DNA of 64,000 nucleotides from Nitrososphaerota archaeon (GTDB lineage Archaea > Thermoproteota > EX4484-205 > JAAOZP01), in contig JAAOZP010000019.1 of NCBI GenBank assembly GCA_011605725.1, positions 1,123 to 65,122 of the forward strand. The letters are read 5' to 3'. Below, one piece after another: positions 28,914 to 38,770 of the stretch. How positions within the stretch are numbered: position 1 is the first letter of the stretch; each line of letters opens with the position of its first letter. Both the position numbers and the translations under genes were made by a program. Under the pieces are notes generated by a model, which saw nothing but the letters and a program-made list of their open reading frames with translations, had not been told where the DNA came from and did no database searches.

Positions 28914-29972
28914 ATGGTATTAATAAGAAGGATTTTTATTCTGCCTGTTCTCATCATTATCGCATTGACAATTATCTTCATATTCAGCCGTCTGAATCAG
29001 CCTGAGGTAGAGGTAATAAAACCCGCGGATTCTCCTGAAAATCCTGATCGAGGCTTCTTCATGGGGGTTCTACCTGTTCCGGGCGATGGCCAGTCTTTTG
29101 AAGAGGCTTATTCTCAAGCGGCACAATACTGCGAGTTCACACCTGTTTGGGGAAGACCAACACCATTCTACAGTCTTGCTGGAGAACTGTCTGGAAGCTG
29201 GGGACGAGAATTTTTAGATAGGAATATACGTGGAAACGGGATGTTTCCATTAATCCATGTTTCCTTCATCGGACCTAACGTTACGCTCGTGGCTCCGCCG
29301 AGTATGAAGAATGCTACTCTAAACAGTCCAGCATGGAGAGAAGCCTATAAGCAGGCTGTTCTTGACGTGGTGAAGTCTTCAAGACCCTTATATCTTTCGA
29401 TTGGCAACGAGGTTAACCGCTGGTATGAGAATCACGGTAAGGCGGATAATAATCCTAATGGTTTTCAACACTTTGTCAGCCTTTATGAAGAAATATATGA
29501 TGCTGTAAAGAGGCTTTCCCCTGAAACCAAAGTTTTCTGTACTTTTGCCCGCGAGATAGTGTCTGAGAATCGGGAAGCAGACCTAACTGTTCTATCCATG
29601 TTCAACCCTGGGAAAATGGATCTCCTCGTCTTCACGAGCTATCCCTACGCTGTCCATGGGATAAACAGGCCTTCTGACATTCCTGACGACTATTATTCTG
29701 AAGCATTAAGATACATGCCGGGCAAGCTATTCGGCTTCAGCGAACTAGGATGGCCTTCAATGGAGGCTTTCGGCGGCGAACAGGCGCAGGCCGACTTCAT
29801 AATTCAAATAGTGGGGCGGCTCACTAGGGAGCGGGGAATAAACCTGCACCTGCTTGGTTGGGCGTGGCTGCACGATTTGAATGAGAACGACTATATTGGT
29901 CTAATAAAGAGAAACGGGGAGGAGAAGCTTGCCTACGCGACGTGGAAAAACATTTCGGGATTAATCAGGTAA
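28914..29972 (+). CDS. Secreted TIM-barrel glycoside-hydrolase-like protein (clan GH-A-like)
   Basis: N-terminal signal anchor; SIGNEVN and FSELGWPS as putative acid/base and nucleophile motifs. Confidence 0.7.
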   Translation: MVLIRRIFILPVLIIIALTIIFIFSRLNQPEVEVIKPADSPENPDRGFFMGVLPVPGDGQSFEEAYSQAAQYCEFTPVWGRPTPFYSLAGELSGSWGREFLDRNIRGNGMFPLIHVSFIGPNVTLVAPPSMKNATLNSPAWREAYKQAVLDVVKSSRPLYLSIGNEVNRWYENHGKADNNPNGFQHFVSLYEEIYDAVKRLSPETKVFCTFAREIVSENREADLTVLSMFNPGKMDLLVFTSYPYAVHGINRPSDIPDDYYSEALRYMPGKLFGFSELGWPSMEAFGGEQAQADFIIQIVGRLTRERGINLHLLGWAWLHDLNENDYIGLIKRNGEEKLAYATWKNISGLIR

Positions 29973-30016
29973 CGTGAGTCAAAATTTAAATAAAAGGTTG
30001 AAGCTCTCAACGGGAG

Positions 30017-30982
30017 ATGATTAAAACAGCTTTGTTTACAGTGACATATTGCGGTCTTTGGTATAAGGGGGATGCTTTACCATTGAAGGAACAGATTAGG
30101 AAGGCTAGGGAACTGGGTTTCGAAGGAATAACCGTAGAGACTAAAAGGCCAGTGGCATTACCCTGCGACCTAGACTTGCCTGTGAGGAAAGAAGTGGTAG
30201 AGCTGGCTTGCTCTCATGATATTAGGATTGCTGCTGTCGAAACCATGTCGAACTTCGTCAGCCCGATTATTGAGGAACGGGAAAACAATCTGTGCATGGT
30301 GAAAGAATCCATAAGGCTTGCGGCGGACTTAAACACGAACATAGTGAAGGTTTTCGCAGCCTGGCCAGGCACCTCTAGGTACGATGACATGGGGACTTAC
30401 GATTTCGGATATAGGCTTTTCGACTTTAAGAGCATGTTTGCAACTAGAGATAAAATGTGGAGATGGGCTGTACAGGGGATTCGGGGAGCAGCCAAATGGG
30501 CCGGTGACTATGGGATTGTGATCGCGCTGCAAAACCATCCGCCAGTAATAAGGCTCGGGTATGAGGACGCGCTGCAAATGGTTAGGGAAGCCGGCATGGA
30601 TAATGTGAAACTGTGTCTGGACGCTCCTCTATTAACTGATCAGAGTGACAAGTATATTCGGGAGGCTGTGGATTCATGTAAAGAGATCGGTATAGTCCTC
30701 TCCCACTACAGCTCATCCTCGTTCGACGAATCTCCCTCCGGGGAAATCATTATGAAGCGCAGCCAACTTATTGGAGACCAGTATGTAAACTACCCCACGT
30801 TCATAAGGGAGCTTAAGAGAATAGGCTACGACGGGTTCCTTTCCTCCGAGGAGTGTTCACCCGTGTTAGAGAACCATGAGTATCAAGGGATCGAAGTGGT
30901 TGATAGGCATGTCAAAGCAGCATTGAAATACGTGAAGAAACTGATTGCTGACGGCATGGAGCCGAAGGTGGTTAAACGCTAA
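30017..30982 (+). CDS. Sugar phosphate isomerase/epimerase (xylose-isomerase-like TIM barrel)
   Basis: ARELGFEGI, ALQNH, LCLDAP and LKRIGYDGFLSSE motifs. Confidence 0.8.
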   Translation: MIKTALFTVTYCGLWYKGDALPLKEQIRKARELGFEGITVETKRPVALPCDLDLPVRKEVVELACSHDIRIAAVETMSNFVSPIIEERENNLCMVKESIRLAADLNTNIVKVFAAWPGTSRYDDMGTYDFGYRLFDFKSMFATRDKMWRWAVQGIRGAAKWAGDYGIVIALQNHPPVIRLGYEDALQMVREAGMDNVKLCLDAPLLTDQSDKYIREAVDSCKEIGIVLSHYSSSSFDESPSGEIIMKRSQLIGDQYVNYPTFIRELKRIGYDGFLSSEECSPVLENHEYQGIEVVDRHVKAALKYVKKLIADGMEPKVVKR

Positions 30983-31580
30983 GCAGGCTTAGCGCAGCGT
31001 TAAGGAGAAAAACTGTTCCGAACAGTATGAAGACTACTCCGCTTACAAGCTTAACAAGCCTTAGGGGTATGGGCCTCAGGAGCCGGCTGCCGATTAGAAC
31101 CCCGAGTCCAGTTATGACTGTGAAGGCCATGGCTGTTCCGGCGTAAACCAAGAGGGGCATGTTACACTCTGCTGCAAGCGCTATCACGGCCAGCTGCGTC
31201 TTATCCCCAAGCTCCATCAAGGCGACAATGAAGAAGACGGACAGGGCAACAGACTTTGACCCGAACTTCTCAGTCTGCTCCGTCTCCTCTTTCCTAGAGG
31301 ATAGAATAGTGTATGCTCCGAAAACCAGGAATAGGGTTGCTGACGCGACACGTATTATGAGCATGGGGATAATCATGGTTAACGCTTCCCCGATAACCAC
31401 ACCTAACCCTGAAACCAGTAGTAAAGCCAAAATCCCCCCTGTGAAGACGGGAAGAGCATCGCGATGAGACGATAAGGCTATGACTGCAAGCTGAGTCTTA
31501 TCGCCCAGCTCTGCAGCCATCACCATCAGGAAAGAGGCTAAGAGTGGCGTTAAATCCATCAGCCGGAGAATAAATCCCAA
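30972..31580 (-). CDS. TMEM165/GDT1 (UPF0016) Ca2+/Mn2+ transporter
   Basis: Two copies of ELGDKTQL. Confidence 0.92.
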   Translation of the reverse strand: MGFILRLMDLTPLLASFLMVMAAELGDKTQLAVIALSSHRDALPVFTGGILALLLVSGLGVVIGEALTMIIPMLIIRVASATLFLVFGAYTILSSRKEETEQTEKFGSKSVALSVFFIVALMELGDKTQLAVIALAAECNMPLLVYAGTAMAFTVITGLGVLIGSRLLRPIPLRLVKLVSGVVFILFGTVFLLNAALSLLSV

Positions 31581-31643
31581 CTATATAAGCCTAAGGTTTT
31601 CCTGGTCTTAGTGTGGAAAACGGGTGAGGAGCCTCGTAAAGCC

Positions 31644-31919
31644 TTACTCAAGCCTTTTTATTATATGCCAGCCGAACCTTGTCTTCACAGGCTGGGAAAC
31701 CTCGCCTTTTTTCAATGCGAAGGCGGCTGTTTCAAACTCGCGCACCATCTGTCCCCTGCCGAAGAACCCTAAGTCTCCCCCTCTTCTCCTAGATGGGCAC
31801 AGCGATTTCTCGGAGGCCAGCTTAGAGAAGCTCACGCCCTTCTTCAACTGTTCAAGGACATCCTTAGCCTCCTGCTCCGTCTTAACTAGGATATGGGCGC
31901 AATGTATTTTATCGGGCAT
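31644..31919 (-). CDS. ppiC: Parvulin-type peptidyl-prolyl isomerase
   Basis: HILVK, SLCPS, GGDLGFFGRGQMV and TRFGWHII motifs. Confidence 0.92.
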   Translation of the reverse strand: MPDKIHCAHILVKTEQEAKDVLEQLKKGVSFSKLASEKSLCPSRRRGGDLGFFGRGQMVREFETAAFALKKGEVSQPVKTRFGWHIIKRLE

Positions 31920-32207
31920 GCTTCAGCCAAGCCCCTGCCCTTATAAGCGTTTTAGCGTGATTCGGCATGCTAACAAATTCACTTGGTGCACTGGAGATGG
32001 AAATTCCACCGTCGAAACTCAAGTAATAAGGTAGTCTCTGCAAACAAGCCCTGTTTGAGCAGTTGCCTTAATATGTCGGGTTCTTCTTGCTTCAATATGC
32101 GAGTTATCTCTTGATTAGGAGCCACAGCAAATCATAAAAAAGGTAAGCGCGCGCTAAATTTTTGAAATAAAACTTTTTATTCACCTCCTCTATTTACCTC
32201 TTTATCA

Positions 32208-32296
32208 GCGGCGTTCGTCTAGTCTGGCCAGGACATCAGCCTGCCATCGACATCGGCGGACCGCTGGTAACCCGGGTTCAAATCCCGGACGCCGCA
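32208..32296 (+). tRNA. tRNA-Gly(GCC) with a 15-nt canonical 37/38 intron (32247-32261)
   Basis: GCGGCGT/ACGCCGC acceptor stem, TTCAAAT T-loop, BHB CTGC-CAT...GCGG-ACC. Confidence 0.95.
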
Positions 32297-32363
32297 TCCG
32301 TTTTTATCAGGCTTCAGACAATGATTTATGTTTCATAAATAAGTTAGCAATGCTTATTAACAT

Positions 32364-32384
32364 GTTACTATTAGCAATAGTAAC
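32364..32384. promoter_or_regulatory. Palindromic operator upstream of htrA (BlaI-type)
   Basis: GTTACTATT-AGC-AATAGTAAC is a perfect inverted repeat with the same TTACTAY-N5-RTAGTAA pattern as 36938-36993. Confidence 0.6.
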
Positions 32385-32390
32385 TTAAAA

Positions 32391-33629
32391 ATGAAACTAG
32401 TGGAAGGCCCTTCAAGCAATTCGGATGCCGGCAGATCTACTGTAGCCCCAGTCGTAGCGTTTCTAATAGTAGGGATTCTCATCGGCGGGTTGATAGGTTA
32501 TGCTTTAAGCAGCCTGTTTATCGTAAGCAGGATGGACGAGCTTCAAACCAGGCTTTCAAACCTTGAAAACCGTGTTTCTGCCCTGCAGCAGGCGCAGAAC
32601 TCTTCAGGCGCCGTAACGTATGTTTTCGAAGGTAACTTTTCCCTATCGCAGCTTTATGAGAAAGCCAGGGATTCGATCGTCCTGATAATGGGCACTGTTG
32701 TCAATTATGATATTTTCTACCGTCCCTATTACAGTAGTGTCCAAGGCTCGGGCTTTGTCTATAAGTTTAGAGACCAGTTTGTGATAGTGACGAACTACCA
32801 TGTCGTTTATAATGCGCGTGACATAATTGTCAGGTTTAAGAGTGGAAACGCTTATCCTGCTGTTGTAAAGGGTGCTGACCCCTATGCTGACCTAGCAGTC
32901 CTTTCAGTGAATGCTTCCATCGATGAATTCAAGCCTCTTAAAATCGTAAGCTCGTCTACACTTAGGGTCGGAGATACTGTAGTGGCCATAGGAAACCCGT
33001 ATGGGTTAGCGGGATCAATGAGTTCAGGAATAGTGAGTGCTCTCGGCAGGACAATCTCTGAAGACATTACGGGAGGATATTCAATAGCGAACTGCATTCA
33101 GACAACAGCCCCCATAAACCCAGGCAACTCGGGAGGACCTCTTCTAAATCTTAGAGGTGAAGTCGTTGGAATAACCACCGCTATAGTGAGTGATTCGCAG
33201 GGACTTGGCTTCGCTATCCCCTCCAACACAATACTGCGCGAAATAGAATCCCTAGTTACGAAGGGATCTTATGATCAGCATCCTTGGCTTGGAGTAACGG
33301 GAGTGGACATGACGTACGACATAGCTTCAGCAATGGGTGTGAACGTGACGTACGGATGGCTGATCGTGAGTGTTACGGCAAACGGGCCTGCTGCTAAAGC
33401 CGGCTTACAGGGTGGAAGCAAGCAAGTGCTGATTAAGGGAAGCAGGATTACAGTGGGTGGAGACATTATAATAGGGGTAAACGGTACAAGGATTACGAAT
33501 GGAGACGATCTCCTATCCTTCTTAGAGGAATACACGCTTCCAAATCAGACAATTTTATTGACAATAGTTAGAAACAATCGAATAATAGATGTTCCCGTTA
33601 CGCTTGGAGCAAGGCCTCCACTAACATGA
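32391..33629 (+). CDS. htrA: HtrA/DegP-family serine protease with PDZ domain
   Basis: TM anchor, GSGF, TNYHVV, DLAVL, INPGNSGGPL and a C-terminal PDZ. Confidence 0.92.
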   Translation: MKLVEGPSSNSDAGRSTVAPVVAFLIVGILIGGLIGYALSSLFIVSRMDELQTRLSNLENRVSALQQAQNSSGAVTYVFEGNFSLSQLYEKARDSIVLIMGTVVNYDIFYRPYYSSVQGSGFVYKFRDQFVIVTNYHVVYNARDIIVRFKSGNAYPAVVKGADPYADLAVLSVNASIDEFKPLKIVSSSTLRVGDTVVAIGNPYGLAGSMSSGIVSALGRTISEDITGGYSIANCIQTTAPINPGNSGGPLLNLRGEVVGITTAIVSDSQGLGFAIPSNTILREIESLVTKGSYDQHPWLGVTGVDMTYDIASAMGVNVTYGWLIVSVTANGPAAKAGLQGGSKQVLIKGSRITVGGDIIIGVNGTRITNGDDLLSFLEEYTLPNQTILLTIVRNNRIIDVPVTLGARPPLT

Positions 33630-33781
33630 TTTAATATAAAAATATAAGGATTTAAAAAGCAAATCGGAAGTAGTTTTACCGTTAGAGTTAATTAAGCTAG
33701 TCCTAAATATTTTCTCCTGACGAATTCCACTCCTTAATTAGTTACCCTTAGCTGCTGAAGGAAACTAACGCCTTTAAGCTA

Positions 33782-34894
33782 CTAAGGCTTGGTTTTACTC
33801 AGGGTTTCTCTATAAACATCTTCTATCTTTTCAACTATTATGTTCCAATCATATTTCCACACTTCTCTGAATGCGTTTGAAGATATTCTTTCGGAAAGTC
33901 CTTTGTCTTCGAGCAGGATTAAGATATCTTTTGCCAACTCCTCTATCCTATTTCTTTTTATCAACAAGCCTGTTTCCATATGCTTTACTATTTCGCGTGC
34001 TCCGCCTTGAGCCGTTGTTACTACTGGAGTTCTAGAAGCCATGGCCTCCAAGAGAACAATTCCGAAGGACTCTCCAAAGATGGATGGTAGTACAAAGACG
34101 TTGGCCGTTTGATAAAGTTTGACGAGCTCACTCTTACTCAAGCCTTCTCTCAGGAAAACGTTATTATGAAGACCTGATGTCTTTACCGCTGCTCTTAAAA
34201 CAGGACTTAGGTAACCGGAGCCCGCTATCGTTAGCTCTACGTCTCTTTTTTCGTTGACCACTTGCTTCATGGCTTCCAGAAGCAGGTGTAAACCCTTCCT
34301 ATATACGAGCCTGCCGACGAAAAGCACGCTTTTTCCATCAAATGTCTTAACCTTTGGAGAGAACTCTTCAACATTTACTCCGTTAGGTATGACACTTACC
34401 TCTTTATCTGTGAAATGGGAGATGAAGGTGGCTGCTGCTTTGCTTACAGCTATTATTCTGTCAGCATTGTTAATATATTGCTTAAACGGAAACAGCACGA
34501 AGGAAGACGGTCTCCAGAGATAGTTGAAATCATAAAGGAACTGTATTGAATGGTTAGTTAACACAGTCTTTATTCCTAATCTTTTCCCTGCAGATAGAGA
34601 AAACAGGGAAATCGGAGAGAAAGCGTGGTGAGCATGTATAATGTCCGGTTTCTCTTTTCTAAGAGCTCCCTCCAGCTCATCTATATGGGGAATGTCCAGC
34701 GTCTGCGAGCTATGGAACAGGGATTTAATCCTCACGACATTTAAACCGTGGGCCTCATCGTTGAAATCTGCAATTTTAGTGATTATAATTACTTCATGAC
34801 CTCTCCTCTCTAGTGCTCTCGCTAGGTTTTCTATATGTGTCGTTATGCCGCCTGTTTTAGGATAAAAGTAGTCGCTGCATAAGGCAATCTTCAA
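33782..34894 (-). CDS. GT4 glycosyltransferase, PIG-A-like
   Basis: SDYFYPKTGGITTHI, IIHAH and ESFGIVLLEAMA motifs. Confidence 0.85.
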   Translation of the reverse strand: MKIALCSDYFYPKTGGITTHIENLARALERRGHEVIIITKIADFNDEAHGLNVVRIKSLFHSSQTLDIPHIDELEGALRKEKPDIIHAHHAFSPISLFSLSAGKRLGIKTVLTNHSIQFLYDFNYLWRPSSFVLFPFKQYINNADRIIAVSKAAATFISHFTDKEVSVIPNGVNVEEFSPKVKTFDGKSVLFVGRLVYRKGLHLLLEAMKQVVNEKRDVELTIAGSGYLSPVLRAAVKTSGLHNNVFLREGLSKSELVKLYQTANVFVLPSIFGESFGIVLLEAMASRTPVVTTAQGGAREIVKHMETGLLIKRNRIEELAKDILILLEDKGLSERISSNAFREVWKYDWNIIVEKIEDVYRETLSKTKP

Positions 34895-35086
34895 GAGTTT
34901 CCACCCGGTTGGAAGATGGTTGTGTTGAATTCTCTAATAAGAATTAAGACGCGCGCGCTATAGCCATGCCTATGTACGCTCTCCATTCAAGAATCCTAGA
35001 ATTACGATAGTAGGAGACCAGGCGTGATGCAAAAGAGTTTGAGACAATTTTTGAAAGCATTAAAGACACCTTTTTCTAGGCTTGTT

Positions 35087-36448
35087 TTAAGCTTTTAAAG
35101 GGAAACATTGAAAGGGGGTTTGGCAGCGTGGTGAGGATCCACCGTCCTCCTCTATCTTTAAAACCATCATTCCTGGGCGCAATTCGTTGAGGCCATTGGG
35201 GGAAATATTCCTGAGTCTAGAGAAGTTGGATATGCGTATTCTCTTCATGCTGTCCAAACTGTACGCTGGAATAAATCCTTTTTCCTCCAGGGGTGTCTTG
35301 AAGACCATTGTTAGAAGATACTGTCTTATGAAGGACCTTTGAATGGAAGCAAGATAATACGTGCTGATTATTCCTGCTGCGATTATTAGGATGGATATTG
35401 TTATCGATAATAATGGGTTGGCAGGAGTAGGCTCTTTCCCATCATTCAGTCTCCTAATAGTCTCAACCCTTTGGTCCAGCCTCGGATGGGTTGAAAGCAT
35501 GCTTCTTAGAGAAGTCGGGGAAGACAGGAATAGGCCGGTTGCTAAGCGGGTTATAATGCCCTCTTTAGGGAATGCGCGGGAGGCTTCGTATATCTTTACG
35601 AGTGTCTTTGCCAAAAGCCTCGGCTGCCCCAGGATTCGAGCACCCTCCTCGTCTGCAAGGATTTCCCTTTCTCTTTGTGCTGTCGCAGACGCAAAGTATG
35701 CGAACGGGTTGAAGAAGGATAGTAACGCTAGTGCAACAGATGCTGTCTTAAACAGGAAATCATTGTTTTTCACGTGAGCCAGCTCATGGGCTGCGACTGC
35801 AGCCAGCTCTCTTTCTTCCAGAGTCTTGAGCATGCCTAAGGAGAATATTAGCATCGTTCTCTCCCCATACCCTATTGTGAAGGCGTTTGGCCTTAAATCC
35901 TCCACGAGCCCAATCCTAGGAGGATTAATCCCGAGCCTCCTGGACAATTCTCCAACTCTTCTCTGTAAAGACTCGTATTCCTCGGGCTCAAGCTCAACTA
36001 CGTGGAAAACTCTTTTAGCAGCTCTGCCATTCAAGACTACTGTTGCAAGCAGGTAGGATACTGATAGTGTCAACCCGGCTGCAAGAAGCATGTTTGCCAC
36101 AGGGGGGTTGTTAAGCAGCTTAACATGGTTGAAAACTATCTGGGGAGGAAGCGTAGAAATATGGGGATCTAGACGTAGAGCTGGTGGGGTGTTATGCAGA
36201 CCGTAGCTTGATATCTTAGCTTCTAAAAACAGCCTCATTATCAGCCAAGAGGAGGCGAACGGTATGAGTAAAACAGGGATTGTGAGAGGGAACAGGTAGC
36301 ATAGGCTCTTCACCCTCGCCGTCAGCAGCCGATTATATTTCGCAAGAGCCTTGACGCAAATGAATGAAACTGCGAGCAGGATAGTGGAATAGTAGAAGTA
36401 CGGTTGGAAAAACTGGATAAGAATATAGTTAGGATCTATAGTTAGCAT
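35087..36448 (-). CDS. Membrane zinc metalloprotease M48/M56 (BlaR1-like partner)
   Basis: PNAFTIG, HELAH, REILADE and THP motifs with TM helices; lies directly downstream of the BlaI-like gene. Confidence 0.88.
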   Translation of the reverse strand: MLTIDPNYILIQFFQPYFYYSTILLAVSFICVKALAKYNRLLTARVKSLCYLFPLTIPVLLIPFASSWLIMRLFLEAKISSYGLHNTPPALRLDPHISTLPPQIVFNHVKLLNNPPVANMLLAAGLTLSVSYLLATVVLNGRAAKRVFHVVELEPEEYESLQRRVGELSRRLGINPPRIGLVEDLRPNAFTIGYGERTMLIFSLGMLKTLEERELAAVAAHELAHVKNNDFLFKTASVALALLSFFNPFAYFASATAQREREILADEEGARILGQPRLLAKTLVKIYEASRAFPKEGIITRLATGLFLSSPTSLRSMLSTHPRLDQRVETIRRLNDGKEPTPANPLLSITISILIIAAGIISTYYLASIQRSFIRQYLLTMVFKTPLEEKGFIPAYSLDSMKRIRISNFSRLRNISPNGLNELRPGMMVLKIEEDGGSSPRCQTPFQCFPLKA

Positions 36449-36453
36449 TCTCG

Positions 36454-36900
36454 TCAGCCTCCTTTTCCCTTTAAGGCTTTCTCCAGCTTCTCCTTCAATT
36501 CTTTAAACTCTTTTTCATCGGAGGAGAGCCTCTCAACCAAGTAGCTTGCAACTATGTCTCCAAAATTCTCCACAAGGCTGTTTAAAACCTCATGGACGGC
36601 GGATTTTTTAAAACTGTGTTCTTCAAACTTTGGCCAATACACGTAGAGGACTCCTCCTCTCCCCTTCTCCATCCGCCTGTCGAGCAGCCCCTTCTCGTAA
36701 AGCCTGTCCATCGTCGTCATAACGGTGGTATACGCGATTCTCTTTCTCCGCCTAAGCTTCTCGTAAACATCCCTAACAGTGAGGGGCTGCTTAGAGCTCC
36801 ACATAACCTCTATTATGCTTGTCTCTAATGGACCCAGGAAGGCCTGAAGCTCCTTCCCTTCAATGTTATACTGGGATATTTTTGCGGTTCCTCGACGCAT
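36454..36900 (-). CDS. BlaI/MecI/CopY family transcriptional repressor
   Basis: LGPLETSIIEVMW, TVRDV and IAYTTVMTTMDRLYEKGLL. Start is either 36900 or 36924. Confidence 0.92.
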   Translation of the reverse strand: MRRGTAKISQYNIEGKELQAFLGPLETSIIEVMWSSKQPLTVRDVYEKLRRRKRIAYTTVMTTMDRLYEKGLLDRRMEKGRGGVLYVYWPKFEEHSFKKSAVHEVLNSLVENFGDIVASYLVERLSSDEKEFKELKEKLEKALKGKGG

Positions 36901-36937
36901 TCTTCTTACTATTGTTCTAAGCATGATTATTTAACCA

Positions 36938-36993
36938 TTACTACACTGGGTAGTAACGTTTATAAAGGGATGTTACTATCTGTTGTAGTAACA
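36938..36993. promoter_or_regulatory. Two BlaI-type operators flanking a TATA box in the divergent promoter
   Basis: TTACTAC-ACTGG-GTAGTAA (36938-36956) and TGTTACTAT-CTGTT-GTAGTAACA (36971-36993) around TTTATAAA (36959-36966). Confidence 0.8.
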
Positions 36994-38766
36994 ATGAAAA
37001 CAGAGGACGTTAGGGGAAAAAGCACCGCCAAGGCTGAAACAAGTATTAGACGCCAAATTCAGCTTATAACCCTAATAATAATAATGTTAGCGTCCTATCA
37101 ATTAATCCCTATTTTTGGAGAATCGTATATGATTCTCGGCTCCGTGAAGGATGTTAACGGTAATCCTTTAAGCAACGTGGCTGTCACGATTTACGACTAC
37201 TCTGGGGCATTCATAACTAGAATCTGGACGCTTGCCAACGGGGGGTTTGCAATCAGTCTTGACCGTGGCACATATAGAGTTCAGCTGGAGAAGAAAGGTT
37301 ATGAGTGTAAAACTATAACTGTCAGTCTAAACAGGCCTTCTGTAGATCTTGGAGAGCTCATTCTAGACTTTTCGCCAAAGGTTTCAATATCTCAAACCTA
37401 TTTGAAGGTTGAGTCTTTCTCGGAAGTCAGTATTCCCGTATCAATAGAGAACAGTGGGTCGGAGGAGGAGACTGTGAGAATCCTAGTTGAAGCTCCAGAA
37501 GGATGGGAGGCGGGAGTGTATTCGGGCTCTGTTGAAATATTGAACCTGACGTTGAGCCGGGGGAGTGTTCAAAACCTTAATTTAAAGATGAAGATTCCAT
37601 ACAACGCGCAGGGATTCTACAATGTGAAAATAATAGTTTTAGGCTCGATAATTCAAGAGAAAACCGTCTCCCTATATGTTGAGAGGAAGAATCTTCAAAT
37701 CTTAGCTTCAACCTACCCGGTTGCTCAGGCTCAACCCGGCTCAACAGTGACATTCGATTTAACACTTAGAAACGTTTTATCAGAAAGGTTGACTGGAGCA
37801 ATATCTCTAAGTTCTCCAGCTGGCTGGACGGGCACTGTTGTTAAAAGCGACGGCACTGTTCTCTATGGCGTCTCATTAGGATCAGGCGAATCAGTTAATA
37901 TTAAAGTTAAGATAGACGTGCCTTTAGACACTGTTCCTGGAAGTTACGAAGCCACTGTTCTCTTTAAAACAAAAGATTTCGACTCAACTTTTCCCCTCAC
38001 CATAATGGTTGTTAAGGGTTCTCCTAGGTTGAGGCTTCGGACAGACACGCCTTACGTTGATGCTTACGCTGGAGGTATTGCTAATTATCCCATAGAGGTT
38101 GAAAACACGGGAGATTCAGAGGGGGTTGTAAGCATTAACCTGATAGGTGTTCCCTCCGGCTATAACTGGATAATGAAGGATTCTTCTGGAAGTGTTATAT
38201 CTAAGCTTTACGTGAAGGCTGGTGAAACCAAGAAGCTTAACGTGATCATAAGCATTCCTCCGTTGGCTGAGCCTGACGTGCTGTCAATAGTTTTGGAAGC
38301 CAGTGTGAACGGGTTTGTCGGCAGGCTGAACCTTGGATTGGGAATACTGGGTTGGTATAGCGTCACGTATGTAACACAGAATTTCTACTGTGAGTCGACA
38401 GCCGGCGAGACGATTGTTTTCCAGGTTGAGGTTAAGAACACTGGTTACAGTTCACTTTCAAATCTTAAGCTCGACGTGTCCGACATACCAAGCGGGTTCA
38501 GCATTAAGGTTGAACCGAGTCTCGTATCGTTGCTTAAGCCTCAGGAAAACGCTGTTTTCTCGCTTACTATCACGAGTGATGCTGACATAAGCGCTGGCGA
38601 CTACTACGTTACTTTAAGTCTTAAAGCAGACCAGAGTCAAGCAGCTACCAGAAGCCTCCATATATATGTTAAGCAGAGGGGAGAGGTTATGCTGATAGGA
38701 GCGTTAATCGTGGTTATCATGGTTGGAGCAATGCTCCTGATCTACCGTAGGTATGGGAGGAGGTGA
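36994..38766 (+). CDS. Membrane-anchored NEW3/NPCBM-associated repeat protein with carboxypeptidase-regulatory-like domain
   Basis: GSVKDVNGNPL..., repeated APEGW / SPAGW / AGDYYV units, N- and C-terminal TM helices. Likely start 36994. Confidence 0.8.
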   Translation: MKTEDVRGKSTAKAETSIRRQIQLITLIIIMLASYQLIPIFGESYMILGSVKDVNGNPLSNVAVTIYDYSGAFITRIWTLANGGFAISLDRGTYRVQLEKKGYECKTITVSLNRPSVDLGELILDFSPKVSISQTYLKVESFSEVSIPVSIENSGSEEETVRILVEAPEGWEAGVYSGSVEILNLTLSRGSVQNLNLKMKIPYNAQGFYNVKIIVLGSIIQEKTVSLYVERKNLQILASTYPVAQAQPGSTVTFDLTLRNVLSERLTGAISLSSPAGWTGTVVKSDGTVLYGVSLGSGESVNIKVKIDVPLDTVPGSYEATVLFKTKDFDSTFPLTIMVVKGSPRLRLRTDTPYVDAYAGGIANYPIEVENTGDSEGVVSINLIGVPSGYNWIMKDSSGSVISKLYVKAGETKKLNVIISIPPLAEPDVLSIVLEASVNGFVGRLNLGLGILGWYSVTYVTQNFYCESTAGETIVFQVEVKNTGYSSLSNLKLDVSDIPSGFSIKVEPSLVSLLKPQENAVFSLTITSDADISAGDYYVTLSLKADQSQAATRSLHIYVKQRGEVMLIGALIVVIMVGAMLLIYRRYGRR

Positions 38767-38770
38767 GAAC

